A DNA stretch of 64,000 nucleotides from a virus (lineage: Duplodnaviria > Heunggongvirae > Uroviricota > Caudoviricetes), in the IMG/VR virus record IMGVR_UViG_3300005077_000002, positions 1 through 64,000 of that record; one strand, 5' to 3'. The notes beneath the pieces are model-generated. The model ran no database searches. It was not told the origin of the DNA and saw nothing but the letters and a program-made list of their open reading frames with translations. Each line of letters opens with the position of its first letter. The stretch's first letter is position 1. Positions 62,687 to 64,000 of this stretch are shown here, piece after piece. The position numbers were made by a program, and so were the translations under genes.

Positions 62687-64000
62687 ATGAGTTCAGTAAA
62701 AAGTAATACCATATTAGATCCAGCTGTATTAAAAGTTCTTAGTAGTGGAAAAGACGTTACTGTAAAGGTAAATGATTCAGAAACGATGAGTACAGATTCC
62801 AGGGTAATTTATTTGCCAGCAGAAGTAACTAAAAATGATAATCTTAATATTCTGCGCGGCAGTATAGACCATGAAACCGCTCACGTGTCATATACCGATA
62901 TGGCAGTAAGCAAAGGTATGTCCAAAAGATTATTCGGATGTCTTAATCTGCTCGAGGATCTTCGTATAGATGAAATACGCAGGTTATCAGGCCGCGGATA
63001 TTCATTGAATAATAAAGCTTTGATGGATTACCTTGTTTCTAAAACAAAAGACAAGGGTGCTATAAGAGATGATTTGTTGGCGGCATTCGAAATGCATTAC
63101 CAAGTCATCAGAGAAAAAAATCCATTAGGAAGCAAACATACTGACAGAAGTCGTAAAATGGCTGCTGCAGCTAGATCACTTGTGGATAAAGCAGTAGAAT
63201 CAACAACTACAGAGGAAGTTGCTATAATTGCCAGGGAACTTGAAATCCTTTGGTACGGTGATACTGACGAAAATAAAGAGAGGGACGGTGGTGGTATATC
63301 GGATAAATCTGAATCCAAACCAGATGATTCCGTGGATAAAGGCAAATCTTCCAAAAGTTCATCAGGTTCAAAAGATGAATCTGAGGAAACAGGACCAAAA
63401 GCTGATTATGATAAAGCCGGAGATAAAGATGAAACTGAAGATAAAGAAACCGAAAATGAAGCTAAAGATAAAGATAAAGATGTAGATGACGGTGAAAGTG
63501 AATCAGAATCAGATTCTAAACCGGATGGCACGGAAGATAATTCCAGTGAATCAGAAGCAAATGTAACATCTAGACCAGGAGAATCTACATCAACCAAAGT
63601 TCCGGATAAGCCTATTACATCAAAAGCTGCATTTACCAAGCTGGGTGTTGATGAAAATGATGATACATTATTTAAGGCTACTGAGCCTGAATTTGTAACA
63701 GAACATGAAACTGAAAAATCATATATAGTTGATACATCCAGGGATATGGTTTACAAAGCTCGGTTTTATTCATCTTCGTATATAACATCCGAATTAAAAT
63801 CACTTACATTTATAGCTGGATTAATGCAATATTTTGCAAATTCAATGCTCTCCGAAAACAGATCCAGATTTACAAGAAAACTATCTAGGGGCCGTGTAGA
63901 TAGTAGATCATTAGCTGGTGTACTTGTGGATCCGCGTGTATTTATGAATAAAACTAAACAAATAGACTTTAATACGGCCATTACTTATCTCATAGATTTA
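62687..64000 (+). CDS. Partial CDS (runs off the window): HExxH (DHETAH) metallopeptidase-like N-terminus and a long D/E/K-rich low-complexity linker (CobT-like or DUF2201_N-like)
   Basis: ATG at 62687; open through 64000 in frame; tandem GATAAAGAT-type repeats encoding KDKDKD. Confidence 0.55.
   Translation, partial: MSSVKSNTILDPAVLKVLSSGKDVTVKVNDSETMSTDSRVIYLPAEVTKNDNLNILRGSIDHETAHVSYTDMAVSKGMSKRLFGCLNLLEDLRIDEIRRLSGRGYSLNNKALMDYLVSKTKDKGAIRDDLLAAFEMHYQVIREKNPLGSKHTDRSRKMAAAARSLVDKAVESTTTEEVAIIARELEILWYGDTDENKERDGGGISDKSESKPDDSVDKGKSSKSSSGSKDESEETGPKADYDKAGDKDETEDKETENEAKDKDKDVDDGESESESDSKPDGTEDNSSESEANVTSRPGESTSTKVPDKPITSKAAFTKLGVDENDDTLFKATEPEFVTEHETEKSYIVDTSRDMVYKARFYSSSYITSELKSLTFIAGLMQYFANSMLSENRSRFTRKLSRGRVDSRSLAGVLVDPRVFMNKTKQIDFNTAITYLIDL

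Noticed and set aside
63400-63520. GATAAAGAT-type tandem repeats
   Set aside because: This is coding low-complexity D/E/K-rich linker of the partial terminal ORF, not a CRISPR array or non-coding satellite
1-64000. Diversity-generating retroelement, retron or CRISPR-Cas locus
   Set aside because: No reverse transcriptase (no YxDD-containing RT-like ORF), no template/variable repeat pair, no repeat-spacer array and no cas-like genes were seen

Overview
This window looks like the early/replication half of a large double-stranded DNA bacteriophage (or a prophage/virus-like element). Coding density is high, bacterial-type ribosome-binding sites precede most genes, genes are almost entirely on the + strand from about 6.5 kb onward, and no virion, terminase or integrase genes are visible. 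Recognisable genes are a family A DNA polymerase with an N-terminal UDG-like domain and 3'-5' exonuclease, a DnaG-type primase, a class II-type ribonucleotide reductase (NPCGE active site, C-terminal zinc ribbon), a Rad52/Sak annealing protein, a RecA-like recombinase, an ATP-dependent ligase, a candidate sliding clamp, SSB, RNase HI with a hybrid-binding domain, a T4-gp1-like dNMP kinase, a sigma-70-like factor, a Cas4/RecB-like Fe-S nuclease, two radical SAM enzymes, a MoxR ATPase with a metallopeptidase-VWA partner, and a Lar-like anti-restriction protein inside a zinc-ribbon cluster. The most interesting observations are: (i) a trifunctional Pnkp-like RNA healing/sealing enzyme (T4-Pnk-type kinase, calcineurin-type phosphatase, ligase-like domain) clustered with a DEDDh exonuclease, an AAA ATPase and a CCA-enzyme-like nucleotidyltransferase; (ii) two tRNA-like genes with canonical acceptor, D and T arms but with about 20 nt and about 90 nt inserted in the anticodon region, plus one normal tRNA-Thr(UGU); (iii) an 877-aa protein carrying an NxDxDGD motif like the catalytic loop of two-barrel (YonO/crAss-like) RNA polymerases, within a module that has a recurring palindromic TGCATAAATATRCA promoter/operator motif; (iv) a sharp GC-content shift (about 46-50% before about 18.3 kb, about 35% after) at the split tRNA-like element; (v) an origin-like iteron plus AT-rich region; (vi) a consensus sigma-70 promoter driving a terminated, ORF-less structured transcript; (vii) an 18-bp GC-rich element repeated three times at the 3' ends of consecutive small genes. 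All functional calls are motif-level inferences made by eye, and no database search was possible.
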